A stretch of DNA of 64,000 bases from an uncultured Eubacterium sp. (GTDB lineage: Bacteria > Bacillota > Clostridia > Lachnospirales > Lachnospiraceae), in assembly GCA_958446835.1 (NCBI GenBank), contig CAUCXT010000004.1, positions 11,770-75,769 of the forward strand, given 5' to 3'. A program made the position numbers and the translations under genes. The notes under the pieces were generated by a model. The model had not been told where the DNA came from. It worked only from the letters and a program-made list of their open reading frames with translations, and did not search any database. Shown here piece by piece: positions 10,654 through 20,673 of the stretch (the first letter of the stretch is position 1; each line of letters begins with the position of its first letter).

Positions 10654-11319
10654 TCAAACTGAAAGCTCCTTAATCTTGCCCAGTGCCATGTCAAGTCCTC
10701 CGACTTCGTCTATAAGTCCCGCTTCAACAGCCTGTCTCCCCACAAGCATTGTCCCCAAATCCTTTGACAGCATGCTGGTGTTCATCATCATCTTTTCAAG
10801 GCTTCCCTTTTCCGCCCTGCTGTGTTCCTCAATAAAGCTCACGATTCTGTCCTGTATCATCTTGAAATAGTCGTAGGTCTGTGGTGCGCCTATGACCGTA
10901 CCGCTCATCCTCACAGGGTGAATGAGCATTGTCCCGGTAGATACGATGAATGAATAATCTGCGGCAACAGCTAACGGCACGCCTATTGAATGACTGTCCC
11001 CTATGACAAGCGATACCGTTGGCTTACTTAATGACGCAATCATCTCAGCAAGTGCAAGTCCAGCTGATACATCTCCGCCTATCGTGTTTATAATTATAAG
11101 GGCTCCCTTTATCTTTTTGCTGTCCTCTATGCGCGCAAATATCGGGATAAGATGCTCATATTTCGTTGTCTTACAATTATTAGAGAGTACCTCATGTCCC
11201 TCTATCTCACCTATAATTGTAATCAGCTTTATGCTCTCATCGTCCTTCTCCGACAGCGATAGCTGCCCGAAGGACTCTATCTCATCGCGGTCCTTTTCCG
11301 ATTTATCCTTTTCCGACAT
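10654..11319 (-). CDS. ClpP-family protein, translocation-enhancing protein TepA-like (probably non-canonical ClpP)
   Basis: ORF 10654..11388 trimmed to ATG 11319 (MSEKDKSEK) with GGAGG 6 nt upstream. ClpP/crotonase-fold core (IIGEIEGHEV...INTIGGDVSAGLAL...). Acidic N-terminal tail. ~221 aa. Confidence 0.6.
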   Translation of the reverse strand: MSEKDKSEKDRDEIESFGQLSLSEKDDESIKLITIIGEIEGHEVLSNNCKTTKYEHLIPIFARIEDSKKIKGALIIINTIGGDVSAGLALAEMIASLSKPTVSLVIGDSHSIGVPLAVAADYSFIVSTGTMLIHPVRMSGTVIGAPQTYDYFKMIQDRIVSFIEEHSRAEKGSLEKMMMNTSMLSKDLGTMLVGRQAVEAGLIDEVGGLDMALGKIKELSV

Positions 11320-11630
11320 AATGACCTCCATATAAATATATTTCAGGTGATTGAGAAACGCAGTGTGTGGCAATTGCATGTTGTGCAATGTTATACTGCA
11401 CCGTGTTTTAACACCCGATATCTAATATCTCCCATAATAAAAAAAATATACCCTGTGCTGCACACGCAAAGTCACCCGGCTCACTTTTTTCAGCGGATAT
11501 GCAAAACAAAAATGCCGTAACACGCTATAATATATCTATGTCCCGGCATACAGTTTTATGCCCGGCACGGATAAATATAAGCCTGTTCCGGCACTTAATT
11601 AAATATAATGCTTAAACTATTGTTTTTATT

Positions 11631-12512
11631 TTACTTTGTCTCAATAAATTTCTTGAGAAGCTGTAGTCCTCCAAGTATCACACCTCCGAGAAGGAAATAG
11701 ATTATACTAAAGGTCTGAAATGTCATTGGCGGCTGTGAAACGTCAAGCGTTGCAGGACCCATAACAATCGCATACACGGAGCCGATAACAAGACCGAGGA
11801 TGAGAAACACCATCTGCGAACGGTATTTATCAAGACCTGTTCTAAGAAGCTTCACGCTTGTGAATATTCCGGTAAGTATGCCAAGTCCGAATATCAGCAG
11901 AATTGGAAAATACTTAAATTCAAGGTGCAGAAAGCCTCTGATTGCGCTCATAATCGGCACGTACAGCCCGAATATCAACAACATTGTCGACCCGGATATT
12001 CCCGGGAGAACCATAGCAGATATGGCTATTGCAGCTACAATGAAAACATATATGCCCTTTACAAGGTTGAGACTTGAAATATCCATGCTTCCTCTTGCAA
12101 GCCACTGGTTAAGATACGTTATAAGCGCCACAACAGCGATACCTATGAGTGTAAATATAATATGTGAATACTTTCCCTTGATTGTCTGCCATTCATCATG
12201 TACTATTATCGGAACGGCAAAAAATGAAAGCCCGATGAACAGCGAACACAGCACATAGATATGGCTGTCAAATATACTGCCAAGCGCAAGCACCGTACAC
12301 ACAAATCCAATTATCCATCCTGCCCCAAGCTTTACAAGAAATATAAGTGCTCTTTTTCTCTCCTCCCTTTTTCCTGAAATAATATTATCAAGCGACTCAA
12401 TAAATCTGTCATAAAAGCCCATCACAAACGCGATTGTACCGCCCGACACACCGGGAACGGCATCCGCCATCGCCATGCAGAAGCCCTGTATCATGTTCCA
12501 TATCAACCTCAT
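11631..12512 (-). CDS. DUF368-family polytopic membrane protein (PopT-like, candidate undecaprenyl-phosphate translocase)
   Basis: ORF opens with TTG at 12530. ATG 12512 (MRLIWNMIQGF) has a GGGGAGAG RBS. Two DUF368 signature repeats, VPGVSGGT and LPGISGST. About 8 TM helices. Confidence 0.7.
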   Translation of the reverse strand: MRLIWNMIQGFCMAMADAVPGVSGGTIAFVMGFYDRFIESLDNIISGKREERKRALIFLVKLGAGWIIGFVCTVLALGSIFDSHIYVLCSLFIGLSFFAVPIIVHDEWQTIKGKYSHIIFTLIGIAVVALITYLNQWLARGSMDISSLNLVKGIYVFIVAAIAISAMVLPGISGSTMLLIFGLYVPIMSAIRGFLHLEFKYFPILLIFGLGILTGIFTSVKLLRTGLDKYRSQMVFLILGLVIGSVYAIVMGPATLDVSQPPMTFQTFSIIYFLLGGVILGGLQLLKKFIETK

Positions 12513-12614
12513 TATCCACTCTCCCCACAAAATATCCTTATATCCGTAACCAGCCTGTTCACTGATATTATAATTATATTCTGTTTATCTTGTTTTATGT
12601 GGACAATTGATTTT

Positions 12615-13076
12615 CTAATCACAATCAATCAGCTTTTTAAGGTTTGGAAAACCCGCCCTGCTCTCCGTCTTGCTGAGCACATACAGCTTGTCAAGCGTCT
12701 TTACAAACTCATCACATTCTTCCTTAGTGAGCTTGTCAAGCAGCCACTCATAGTATAGCCCTTCAAGATATGCCTTTGAATTCTTAAGGCTCTCCGCCTT
12801 CTCAGTTGCATACAGATTGGCGCTTCTCTTATCCTCAGGATTCACCTTTCTTATAAGGTAGCCCTTGCTCTCAAGGCTTGCCGTCCTTCGCGCCGCAGCC
12901 CCCTTGTCAAGCTTTAACTGCTCGCGGATTGCAGCCTGTGTTATTCCCGGATTGTGTCTTACCAGATGTATAAAATCGAATTCTGCCGTGCCAATTCCGT
13001 CCTCCTTCATTGTCTGCACGGTAAATTTGCTAACCTCCCGCGCTATCTTTGTCATTTTTCTTTCTGATTTATCCAT
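12615..13076 (-). CDS. MarR-family transcriptional regulator
   Basis: ORF 12615..13163 trimmed to ATG 13076 (MDKSERKMTKIARE) with GGAGG 5 nt upstream. The rejected N-terminal extension is the translation of a terminator hairpin. Winged-HTH region (LVRHNPGITQAAIREQLKLDKGAAARRTASLESKGYLIRK). Confidence 0.75.
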   Translation of the reverse strand: MDKSERKMTKIAREVSKFTVQTMKEDGIGTAEFDFIHLVRHNPGITQAAIREQLKLDKGAAARRTASLESKGYLIRKVNPEDKRSANLYATEKAESLKNSKAYLEGLYYEWLLDKLTKEECDEFVKTLDKLYVLSKTESRAGFPNLKKLIDCD

Positions 13077-13107
13077 ATTAACCTCCGCTCCCAGCACCGC
13101 CGCCAAA

Positions 13108-13157
13108 CAAAAAGATGTAGTATCATCTAACTCGATGATACTACATCTTTTTTTCAT
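13108..13157 (-). terminator. Rho-independent terminator after the M16 peptidase/CNNM operon
   Basis: Perfect 14-17 bp stem (AAAGATGTAGTATCATC / GATGATACTACATCTTT) with loop TAACTC. On the minus-strand RNA it is followed by UUUUUGUUUGG. It starts 15 nt after the M16 peptidase stop. Confidence 0.8.
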
Positions 13158-13171
13158 TGTCAAACCATGTT

Positions 13172-14449
13172 CTAAGCAGGCGACTGGCTATTACTCCAAT
13201 GCCCTTTGAGTGTCGAAACAGGCACGTCCTTGACGTTTCCAACAAGACACACACTGCACTTATCTTTTCTAAGATATGTCCTTATGCATCTGTTGAACTG
13301 CTCTAGGGTCACCGCCTCATAGTGTGCCACCGCTTCATCAAGTGAAATAACACTTCCTGTTGACAGGAATGTCTTGGCATTATTCAGAACTGTATTGCTA
13401 GCCGCCTCACTTCCAAGCACAAGCTCTATGCGCGTCTGTTTTTTTAACATCGCAAGCTCCTGTTCATCGATCCCCTTCTCATTCAACTCATCTATTATCT
13501 CAAATATAAGCTCATATACTCTCTGCGTCTGCGCCGCGCTCATGGACGCATATATATGGAAAAGCCCTGCAAGGTCACACATGCTGTTGTATGAGTATAT
13601 GCTGTAGGTAAGACCGTTCTCTTCCCTCACCTTCTGGAAAAGTCTTGAGTTCAGATTGCCGCCTAGCATTGAGTTAATCATATACATGGCATATCTGTCC
13701 TCATCGGAGCTTCGCACATTGTCAAAGGCGATATTTAGGTGAACCTGCTCCATGTCCTTATATTTGGAAATAAAGCATCTGTTAAATTCCGGTCTGTCCG
13801 AAACAAGCTTCCTGCCCGAACCCGGCAAAGCGGCAAACAGAGGTTCAAGCACCGACATTATCTGCGCCTCATCGCATTTTCCCGCAACGGATATGAGGAT
13901 ATTATCGGCTGTGTAGTTAGCCTCCTTAAAATCCACAAGCTGCTGCCTTGTAAGCTTTTTGACATTGCTTTTGCTTCCGGATATTATAAAGCCCAGCGGA
14001 TTATCCTTCCAGACGCGCTTCTGCAAAAGTTCATGGCACATATCCTCAGCCGAATCATCGTAGGAATCTATCTCATCAATTATAACGCCCTTCTCCTTGG
14101 CAAACTCCTTCGAATCAAACACCGAATTAAAAAGCATATCCGCCATGATTGACAGCGCCCTCTCAAAATCCTCCGGTAGAACCTTACCGTAAAAAACCGT
14201 ATTTTCCTTGGAGGTATATGCATTTATTCCGCCGCCAAGCTCCGTCATTATATCGGCAAGCTGTCCGGCACTGTATTTATCCGTCCCTTTAAAAAGCATA
14301 TGTTCTATCGCATGTGCAACTCCATTATTTGAGACTGTCTCATTCTGTGAGCCGCTGCCGACATACACGCCAAAGGTTATGCTTCTTGCACCCGGCAGAT
14401 TTTCTATGATAACAGGAATATTATTCGTCAGTCTGTGTATTACTGTCAT
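13172..14449 (-). CDS. M16-family zinc peptidase (insulinase/pitrilysin-like)
   Basis: ORF opens with TTG at 14473. ATG 14449 (MTVIHRL) has a GGTGAGGAAG RBS. Inverted zinc motif HAIEHMLFKG. M16 N- and C-domains. ~425 aa. Confidence 0.8.
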   Translation of the reverse strand: MTVIHRLTNNIPVIIENLPGARSITFGVYVGSGSQNETVSNNGVAHAIEHMLFKGTDKYSAGQLADIMTELGGGINAYTSKENTVFYGKVLPEDFERALSIMADMLFNSVFDSKEFAKEKGVIIDEIDSYDDSAEDMCHELLQKRVWKDNPLGFIISGSKSNVKKLTRQQLVDFKEANYTADNILISVAGKCDEAQIMSVLEPLFAALPGSGRKLVSDRPEFNRCFISKYKDMEQVHLNIAFDNVRSSDEDRYAMYMINSMLGGNLNSRLFQKVREENGLTYSIYSYNSMCDLAGLFHIYASMSAAQTQRVYELIFEIIDELNEKGIDEQELAMLKKQTRIELVLGSEAASNTVLNNAKTFLSTGSVISLDEAVAHYEAVTLEQFNRCIRTYLRKDKCSVCLVGNVKDVPVSTLKGHWSNSQSPA

Positions 14450-15764
14450 TACTCTTGTCTTCCTCACCTTCAAGCTTTGTAATTTTAACCTTGCGTATCA
14501 CCCTGTTCTTTGCCTCTAGCACCTTAAAATGATAGCCCTCATAGTCGACCTCACCGCTCTCATCGTCCGCAGGAAGTCTATGCAGCTGTGCTATCATAAA
14601 TCCATTGATTGTCTCATAGTCTTCTGTATCAAATGTAATATCCAGTAAATCCTCAAGGTCATCTAACAACGTCAATCCATCAACCTCGTATGAATCCTCA
14701 GAGGTTCGCTCAATCTGCTTCTCCTCCTCATCGTACTCATCCATGATATTTCCGACTATCTCCTCAATAATATCCTCCATGGTGATGATACCGGAGGTCT
14801 GTCCATATTCATCTACAACTATCGCAAACTGAATCTTATTCGCCTGCATCTCCTTAAAAAGAGCGTCCACGTTGCGTGTCTCAGGCACAAAATATGCCTC
14901 TCGCATAAGCTTATTGATGTCCTTTATCGCTGGCTCATTGCTCTTGTCATTCTCATAGGCGACAATCGCATCCCTTAAATGTATCATTCCGACAATATGG
15001 TCAATGTCCTCATCATACACAGGATATCTTGAAAAATTATTGCTAAGCATTATCTTAAACGCCTCCTCAAGTGAGACGTTCTGATCTATACCGACAATGT
15101 TAGAACGGTGCACCATGACGTCATGTGCTTCCTTATCCCCGAATTCAAAGATATTATTAATCATCTTTGCTTCGCCTTCCTCAAGCACACCCTTCTCCTG
15201 TCCCTCATTGACCATCGTAATTATCTCTTCCTCAGTGACATTCTCAAGGTTCTCATGCGGATTGATACCGATAAGCCTTAGCACCAGATTAGAAAGCTTC
15301 GTCACCACAAAAGCTACCGGCGTGAGAATATAGATAAGCAATCCCGCCGGTTTAACCAGCCTGTAGAGTGTTTTCTCAGGAAATTTCATTCCGACACGCT
15401 TAGGAACAAGTACGCCGACAACAAGCAGAAGGATAATAACAACAACCGCAACTGCGAATATTATCCACATGGACTGAATCTTTGTCGCCTTTTCTATCGC
15501 CCTTGAAATGGCTCTTAATATATATCCTCCGACAGCGACATTGCTTATAAAAACTGTTATATCAAGCGCGTTTGACAGTACAGCAGGATTATCCGCAAGG
15601 CGCTCAAGCTTCTTTGCCTTTCTGTCGTTCTCATCCTCACGCTTTTTCTCAATAAATGAATCATTTACGTTCTGAAGTGCCGATGAAAACGCATACAGCA
15701 CAGCATCAATTATAATAAAGGCGAGTAAAAGTATCCCGCCCAAATAGGGGTGTATGTCTCCCAT
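14421..15764 (-). CDS. CNNM/HlyC/CorC-family transporter (DUF21 TM domain, tandem CBS pair, CorC_HlyC domain)
   Basis: 447 aa. N-terminal 4-TM DUF21 domain, CBS pair, then a transporter-associated C-terminal domain with an acidic tail. The 3' end overlaps the M16 peptidase start by 29 nt, suggesting translational coupling. Confidence 0.8.
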   Translation of the reverse strand: MGDIHPYLGGILLLAFIIIDAVLYAFSSALQNVNDSFIEKKREDENDRKAKKLERLADNPAVLSNALDITVFISNVAVGGYILRAISRAIEKATKIQSMWIIFAVAVVVIILLLVVGVLVPKRVGMKFPEKTLYRLVKPAGLLIYILTPVAFVVTKLSNLVLRLIGINPHENLENVTEEEIITMVNEGQEKGVLEEGEAKMINNIFEFGDKEAHDVMVHRSNIVGIDQNVSLEEAFKIMLSNNFSRYPVYDEDIDHIVGMIHLRDAIVAYENDKSNEPAIKDINKLMREAYFVPETRNVDALFKEMQANKIQFAIVVDEYGQTSGIITMEDIIEEIVGNIMDEYDEEEKQIERTSEDSYEVDGLTLLDDLEDLLDITFDTEDYETINGFMIAQLHRLPADDESGEVDYEGYHFKVLEAKNRVIRKVKITKLEGEEDKSNDSNTQTDE

Positions 15765-15767
15765 AAA

Positions 15768-16229
15768 CTAACCATCTTTCCTTTCTCTTAATAAACTTAC
15801 TATCTCCTCCATGGCAATGCAGTACCCATCAAGTCCCTTACCTGCAATCTGTTTCGTACACTCCGGAAGTGTCACCGATACATGACGAAAATCCTCCCTT
15901 GAACGTATATCCGATATATGTACCTCATACTTCGGGAAGTCAAGCGGAGCCAGCGCATCGCGGATCGCATAGCTGTAATGCGTATACGCACCCGGATTTA
16001 TGACAAGCCCATCAAGCTCCCCTCTCTCATGTTCAAAGTACGCTGCCTGAAGTCTGTCTATTATAGCGCCTTCATGATTGCTCTGCCAGGTTTCTATTTC
16101 AATCCCAAGCTCAGCCGCCTTATCGTTCAATAGCTTTATAAGATAGTCATAATTCTGTGTTCCATATATCTTCCTGTCCCTTATTCCAAGAAAATTAAGG
16201 TTCGGTCCGTTAATTACAAGTATTTTCAT
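15768..16229 (-). CDS. aroQ: 3-dehydroquinate dehydratase, type II
   Basis: MKILVINGPNLNFLGIRDRKIYG... with HEGAIIDRL and PGAYTHYSYAIRDAL motifs. 153 aa. Confidence 0.9.
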   Translation of the reverse strand: MKILVINGPNLNFLGIRDRKIYGTQNYDYLIKLLNDKAAELGIEIETWQSNHEGAIIDRLQAAYFEHERGELDGLVINPGAYTHYSYAIRDALAPLDFPKYEVHISDIRSREDFRHVSVTLPECTKQIAGKGLDGYCIAMEEIVSLLRERKDG

Positions 16230-16749
16230 AGTGTGCTATCCTTTCAAACATTTTTTCAAATGAACCATCATCGGTGTCTATTATGATATCGGCGCGTTTC
16301 TCATATATATCGGCACGTTTTTGCATAAGCTCAGTAATTTTCTGCTCGACATTGCCACCCGCAAGAAGCGGTCTTGTCTTATCATGCGAAAGTCGTTTTA
16401 CAAGTGTATCCACACGCGCCCTGAGGTACACAACCGTTCCAAGCTCCCTTAAAAGCCTTCCGTTTTCTTCGCGAAGCGGCAGTCCGCCGCCGACAGATAT
16501 CACTGTATCACTGATTTTCTCCGATAGCAGCTGCCTTAAGCAGTCTGTCTCGAGGTTCCTGAAATATTCCTCTCCATGCTCCGCAAATATGTCATTTATT
16601 GAGCATTTTTGATGTTCGACAATGAAATCATCCGTATCGATGAACCTTCTTGTCCTGTTCTGTTCTATCCATTTTCCGAATGTTGTCTTGCCGCAGCCCA
16701 TAAAACCAATGAGAATTATATTTTTATTGTCCCTGTGCTTTTCTTCCAT
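16210..16749 (-). CDS. aroK: Shikimate kinase
   Basis: Walker A GFMGCGKTT. LID and shikimate-binding regions. 179 aa. Overlaps aroQ by 20 nt. Confidence 0.85.
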   Translation of the reverse strand: MEEKHRDNKNIILIGFMGCGKTTFGKWIEQNRTRRFIDTDDFIVEHQKCSINDIFAEHGEEYFRNLETDCLRQLLSEKISDTVISVGGGLPLREENGRLLRELGTVVYLRARVDTLVKRLSHDKTRPLLAGGNVEQKITELMQKRADIYEKRADIIIDTDDGSFEKMFERIAHYENTCN

Positions 16750-16755
16750 CAGTTC

Positions 16756-17643
16756 CTACTCCTGCCCCATCTCTTTTTTCATAAGTGTATAAAGTTCCCT
16801 GCAAAGCTCATCCGGAACCTTGACATCATTCCACAGCTCAAATGCCTCAACGCCCTGATACAGCAGCATCTCAAGTCCATTGTAGGCTCTCGCCCCATGT
16901 TCCATTGATAGTTTCATAAAGCGTGTCTGTGACGGATTGAATATTATATCAACCGCCGCCTCTATCATGTCATAGAAGCTCCCATCCTCAACAGGTGTTC
17001 CATCCACATCCGGGTACAGTCCCTTGCTTGTTGTCTGGATGACAATGTACTTCTTATTGCCGCCCCCATATCCTTCAAGTTCCTTGTATCCATCAAGAGG
17101 CATTGCATACACGCGCTTCTCACCCACATAGGCGTTGACATCAGCTGCAAGACTTACCGCCTTGTCGACACTTCTGTTTAAAAGATATACCCGGGACGCA
17201 CCTGTGACGGCGCACATAAATGTAACTGCTCTTGAAGCTCCTCCTGCCCCAAGAATTATTACGTCACGTCCATCTATGTCAATGTCATCACATACAAGCT
17301 GTCTCTTTATGCCGTAATAGTCCGTATTATAGCCCTTATAACCGCCCTCAACGCGCACAAGCGTGTTGACAGCACCTATATTCCTCGCAAGCTCATCAAT
17401 CTCGACTACAGCCTCCATGACTTCCTGCTTGTGCGGTACAGTGACATTCATCCCCTTTATATTGAGTGCATAAGCTCCTTTTACCGCAGTGGCAACCTCA
17501 CCCTTCTCGACCTTGAAGGTCATATATGCAAGATTGATTCCAAGCCTTTCTGCCAATGTGTTATGAATAAACGGAGAAATCGAATGTCCCACCGGGTTCC
17601 CGATAAGACCACATACTGCCGTCCTAGCATCAATTTTTCCCAT
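16756..17643 (-). CDS. aroE: Shikimate 5-dehydrogenase
   Basis: N-terminus GLIGNPVGHSISPFIHN. NADP-binding GAGGASRAV. 295 aa. Confidence 0.85.
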   Translation of the reverse strand: MGKIDARTAVCGLIGNPVGHSISPFIHNTLAERLGINLAYMTFKVEKGEVATAVKGAYALNIKGMNVTVPHKQEVMEAVVEIDELARNIGAVNTLVRVEGGYKGYNTDYYGIKRQLVCDDIDIDGRDVIILGAGGASRAVTFMCAVTGASRVYLLNRSVDKAVSLAADVNAYVGEKRVYAMPLDGYKELEGYGGGNKKYIVIQTTSKGLYPDVDGTPVEDGSFYDMIEAAVDIIFNPSQTRFMKLSMEHGARAYNGLEMLLYQGVEAFELWNDVKVPDELCRELYTLMKKEMGQE

Positions 17644-18142
17644 GCTTTTTCTTATACCTCCTGTAAAAAATAAGCACTACCCACTCTAATCTTCTTTTTA
17701 AAATAATCTGTATCTCTTCCTTTGGGTGAATCGGCTTTACAAGTATGCTGTGTATGCCCGCCCTGTTAGCCCCCCATATATCTGTGAACAGCTGGTCGCC
17801 GATAAAAAGCGTGTTATCCTTGACTGTGCCACACAGCTCCACACCCTTTAAATAGCCGTCCGGTGACGGCTTTCCTGCTTTATACAGATACTTTGAGTCC
17901 ACCTGTGCCGCAAACGAAGCCACCCGCGGCTCCTTATTATTCGATATAAGACATGTCTCAAATCCCAGCTCATGCAGTCTCTTAAAAAAATCAATCACCT
18001 TCGGTGTCGCAGGTGCACCATGCTCTACCAATGTATTATCTATATCAAATAAAACGGCCCTGTAACCATTCGAAAAAAAATCCTTAAAATCTATCTCATA
18101 TATGTTATCTACATCTTCTGAGGGATATAACCTTTTAAACAT
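17630..18142 (-). CDS. YqeG-family HAD phosphatase
   Basis: HAD motif I VLFDIDNTL. Motif III-IV GDQLFTDIWGANRAG. 170 aa. This family usually sits next to aroE in Firmicutes. Confidence 0.65.
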   Translation of the reverse strand: MFKRLYPSEDVDNIYEIDFKDFFSNGYRAVLFDIDNTLVEHGAPATPKVIDFFKRLHELGFETCLISNNKEPRVASFAAQVDSKYLYKAGKPSPDGYLKGVELCGTVKDNTLFIGDQLFTDIWGANRAGIHSILVKPIHPKEEIQIILKRRLEWVVLIFYRRYKKKHGKN

Positions 18143-18150
18143 TATGCCTC

Positions 18151-18600
18151 CTATTTTAACATTTTTTTGAGCTCGTCCATAAAAGTATTCACATCTTTAA
18201 ATTCTCTGTATACGGAAGCAAAACGCACATAAGCAACCGCATCGATATCCTTGAGCTTGTCCATCACAAGCTCTCCAATCGTGCTTGTCGGAACTTCCCG
18301 AAGTTCCATGTTAAATATCGTATTTTCCACTTCATCTACAATTCTTGTTATCTCCTCAACGGAGACAGGGCGCTTATGGCAGGATTGTAAGATACCGTTC
18401 TGAAGCTTTTCCCTCGAATATGGTTCCCTGTTATTATCTTTCTTGATAACAACCAGTGGCATAGTCTCGACCTTCTCATAAGTTGTAAATCTCTTGTCAC
18501 ACACATCGCACTGCCTTCTTCTCCTTATGGAAAATGCGTCATCGGCAGGTCTTGAATCTATAACTCTTGTATTCTCCGCATTACAGAACGGACACTTCAT
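18151..18600 (-). CDS. nrdR: Transcriptional repressor NrdR
   Basis: ORF 18151..18684 trimmed to ATG 18600 ([17 protein letters not shown]) with GGAGG 7 nt upstream. Zinc ribbon CPFC...CDVC. ATP-cone domain. 150 aa. Confidence 0.9.
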   Translation of the reverse strand: MKCPFCNAENTRVIDSRPADDAFSIRRRRQCDVCDKRFTTYEKVETMPLVVIKKDNNREPYSREKLQNGILQSCHKRPVSVEEITRIVDEVENTIFNMELREVPTSTIGELVMDKLKDIDAVAYVRFASVYREFKDVNTFMDELKKMLK

Positions 18601-18611
18601 AATCTCGCCTC

Positions 18612-18866
18612 CTACAATTTTACTACTATTTTCTCCGGACACACATTTACCAGAATCACGTCCGGCCCAACATTCACAATACATTCAAATGGTATAACAT
18701 ACTCACAGTCCGCACCAAAAAAACAGAAAAGCTTCGGTGGCCCCGGCACTATAATCGCCTTGATACAACCTGAACACAGGTCAAATTCCACATCCTGCAC
18801 ATAGCCTAATATCTTACAGTCTGCGGAATTGATTACCTGTTTTTCCCTCAGATTACATATTCTCAT
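18612..18866 (-). CDS. YlmC/YmxH-family sporulation protein (PRC-barrel)
   Basis: 84 aa. Pattern [39 protein letters not shown] matches the YlmC/YmxH consensus. Confidence 0.6.
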   Translation of the reverse strand: MRICNLREKQVINSADCKILGYVQDVEFDLCSGCIKAIIVPGPPKLFCFFGADCEYVIPFECIVNVGPDVILVNVCPEKIVVKL

Positions 18867-19419
18867 CCTTAAATCCCCGCGCAGTATGCTCTGCTCTATT
18901 ATATGTGACTTTTCTGCAAATGTACCTAACCAGAATTATAATTATAATTCCTGTAAATCCACCTGCAGTATCTATAAGCACATCCTTAAAGCTGCAACAT
19001 CTGTCCGGCACAAAATACTGATGAAGTTCATCTGTCCCCGCATACCCAAATACAATGACTGCCGGGAGAAAATACCGCAGTTTTACTATATTCCCAATTC
19101 TCAAGTCTCTGTCGAGTGCGTCTAAAAGTGTCCCAAAATTATTGGCAATCGCCATATACAGCAGAACTCCAAGCACAAGATATTCCGTAAAATGCGCCGT
19201 CTTTCTCACAAGAAATGATATGCTCTTGGAGAATCCCACCCGCTCTGCCTCAGACATATCAAGCCTGAACACCTTATCCATAGCGTTTGCCATCATATAT
19301 GAGACTTTTCCGCTCTGCATTGATGAAATATCGCCATTGTTGGACGAAAACCAGAATATAACAACCATCCACAAAATAACGGGTATAAAATACAATAATC
19401 TTAATCTCTTTTTCTTCAT
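18853..19419 (-). CDS. VanZ-family membrane protein
   Basis: 188 aa, 4-5 TM helices, VanZ-like core (FLVRKTAHFTEYLVLGVLL). Confidence 0.6.
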   Translation of the reverse strand: MKKKRLRLLYFIPVILWMVVIFWFSSNNGDISSMQSGKVSYMMANAMDKVFRLDMSEAERVGFSKSISFLVRKTAHFTEYLVLGVLLYMAIANNFGTLLDALDRDLRIGNIVKLRYFLPAVIVFGYAGTDELHQYFVPDRCCSFKDVLIDTAGGFTGIIIIILVRYICRKVTYNRAEHTARGFKDENM

Positions 19420-19451
19420 ACATGCCCCTTCTTAGAGCACTCATCAATTAG

Positions 19452-20582
19452 CTAATTCTGCTTATCAGTCTCCGGCTCTGCGTCAGTATATATGTAATTA
19501 TACAGCTTCTTCATATAGTAGCTGAAATCTATCGCAACAACATCATCGCCATCTATTGTCATGTACTTAAAATCCTCATCCGGGATATGCCATGACACAA
19601 CCTCATACTTGGAAATTTCCGGCAGCAATGTGATAAGCTCCATACATTCGTCAGTTGTGAGGTTCGTTGTTATCTGAGGTATAATACTGTCAAGAAGCTT
19701 CACAATTGTACCTACATCCATGGTCTTAACCTTATCAAAAATGTTCTGTACGACCCTCCTCTGTCTGTCGGTTCTCGTAAAATCTCCATTTCCAACATAT
19801 CTGAAACGAGCATAGGCAAGCGCCTGCTTACCGTTAAGGTGCTGGTATGAGCCATCCGCATAATCGACGTAATCGGAATCCTCTCTCTCTGGCGGCTCTA
19901 CAAGCAGATTGCTGGCATGGATATACTGATTGAACCAATATAACTCATCCTCATATACCTGAACATCAAGTCCTCCTAAAATATCTATCGCATCGATGAA
20001 TGAGAGGAAATCCACTGCAACATATTTATCAACCGAGACACCGTAATTATACTGAAGCGTCTCAAAAAGCAGCTCTATTCCTCCGTACGCATAAGCTGCA
20101 TTTAGCTTATGGAACTCATTCTTTATAGGTATCTTCACATAAGTATCCCTGAGAAATGATGTAGCAACAATTCTCTTTGTCTCCTTATTGATTGACACAA
20201 GAATCATCGTATCTGAACGTCCTACCTCCTCATCAGGGCGCACATCAGATCCCACAAGTAAAATATTGATAACATCCGATACGAGTTCTTCATCACCATC
20301 TGTTGTACTGTCTGCGCGGCTCTCCACATCGTTCTTATATGATTCAATTTCACTCTTATCCGTATCAGGTCCTGCCGGTTTAGAAGTAGGATTGAGAACA
20401 TCCTCAATAAATGAAGGTGTCTCATCAAGTATTGTAAAATTCTCGTCAGTAGGCACATAATTTCTCTTATTGATGTAGTGGAGCAAAATCAGATAGCAGC
20501 TTATACCGAATACTGCTACAGCCGCTACTATACATCCAGCAACTATACCTATAATTTTTCCTACAGATTTTTTCTTTTTCAT
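19452..20582 (-). CDS. LCP (LytR-CpsA-Psr) family glycopolymer phosphotransferase
   Basis: N-terminal TM anchor, low-complexity acidic spacer, LCP catalytic domain (LVGSDVRPDEEVGRSDTMILVSINKETKRIVATSFLRDTYVKIP). Confidence 0.8.
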   Translation of the reverse strand: MKKKKSVGKIIGIVAGCIVAAVAVFGISCYLILLHYINKRNYVPTDENFTILDETPSFIEDVLNPTSKPAGPDTDKSEIESYKNDVESRADSTTDGDEELVSDVINILLVGSDVRPDEEVGRSDTMILVSINKETKRIVATSFLRDTYVKIPIKNEFHKLNAAYAYGGIELLFETLQYNYGVSVDKYVAVDFLSFIDAIDILGGLDVQVYEDELYWFNQYIHASNLLVEPPEREDSDYVDYADGSYQHLNGKQALAYARFRYVGNGDFTRTDRQRRVVQNIFDKVKTMDVGTIVKLLDSIIPQITTNLTTDECMELITLLPEISKYEVVSWHIPDEDFKYMTIDGDDVVAIDFSYYMKKLYNYIYTDAEPETDKQN

Positions 20583-20629
20583 TTTCTGGTATCCTTCCGC
20601 TTTTTTAAATTACATAAAGCTTTGTATGT

Positions 20630-20666
20630 CAAAAGAGTGATTACAGATGCTGTAATCACTCTCTTT
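20630..20666 (-). terminator. Intrinsic terminator between the two LCP genes
   Basis: Perfect 13-bp stem AGAGTGATTACAG / CTGTAATCACTCT with loop ATG. UUUUG follows on the minus-strand RNA. Starts 8 nt after the upstream LCP stop. Confidence 0.5.
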
Positions 20667-20673
20667 CAGCCTG

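Noticed and set aside
11320-11630. Possible ncRNA or terminator in the 310-bp gap between the DUF368 and tepA-like genes
   Set aside because: Only imperfect hairpins (CCCGGCATA...TATGCCCGG with a bulge) and no U tract. Promoter-like hexamers are ambiguous. Not enough evidence to call a feature.
13077-13163. N-terminal extension of the MarR ORF (MTMKKRCSIIELDDTTSFC...)
   Set aside because: This stretch is the translation of a perfect terminator hairpin. The internal ATG at 13076 has a GGAGG RBS, so the extension is not coding.
18601-18684. 28-aa N-terminal extension of NrdR overlapping ylmC
   Set aside because: NrdR universally begins MKCP(F/Y)C with the zinc ribbon. GGAGG sits 7 nt before the ATG at 18600.
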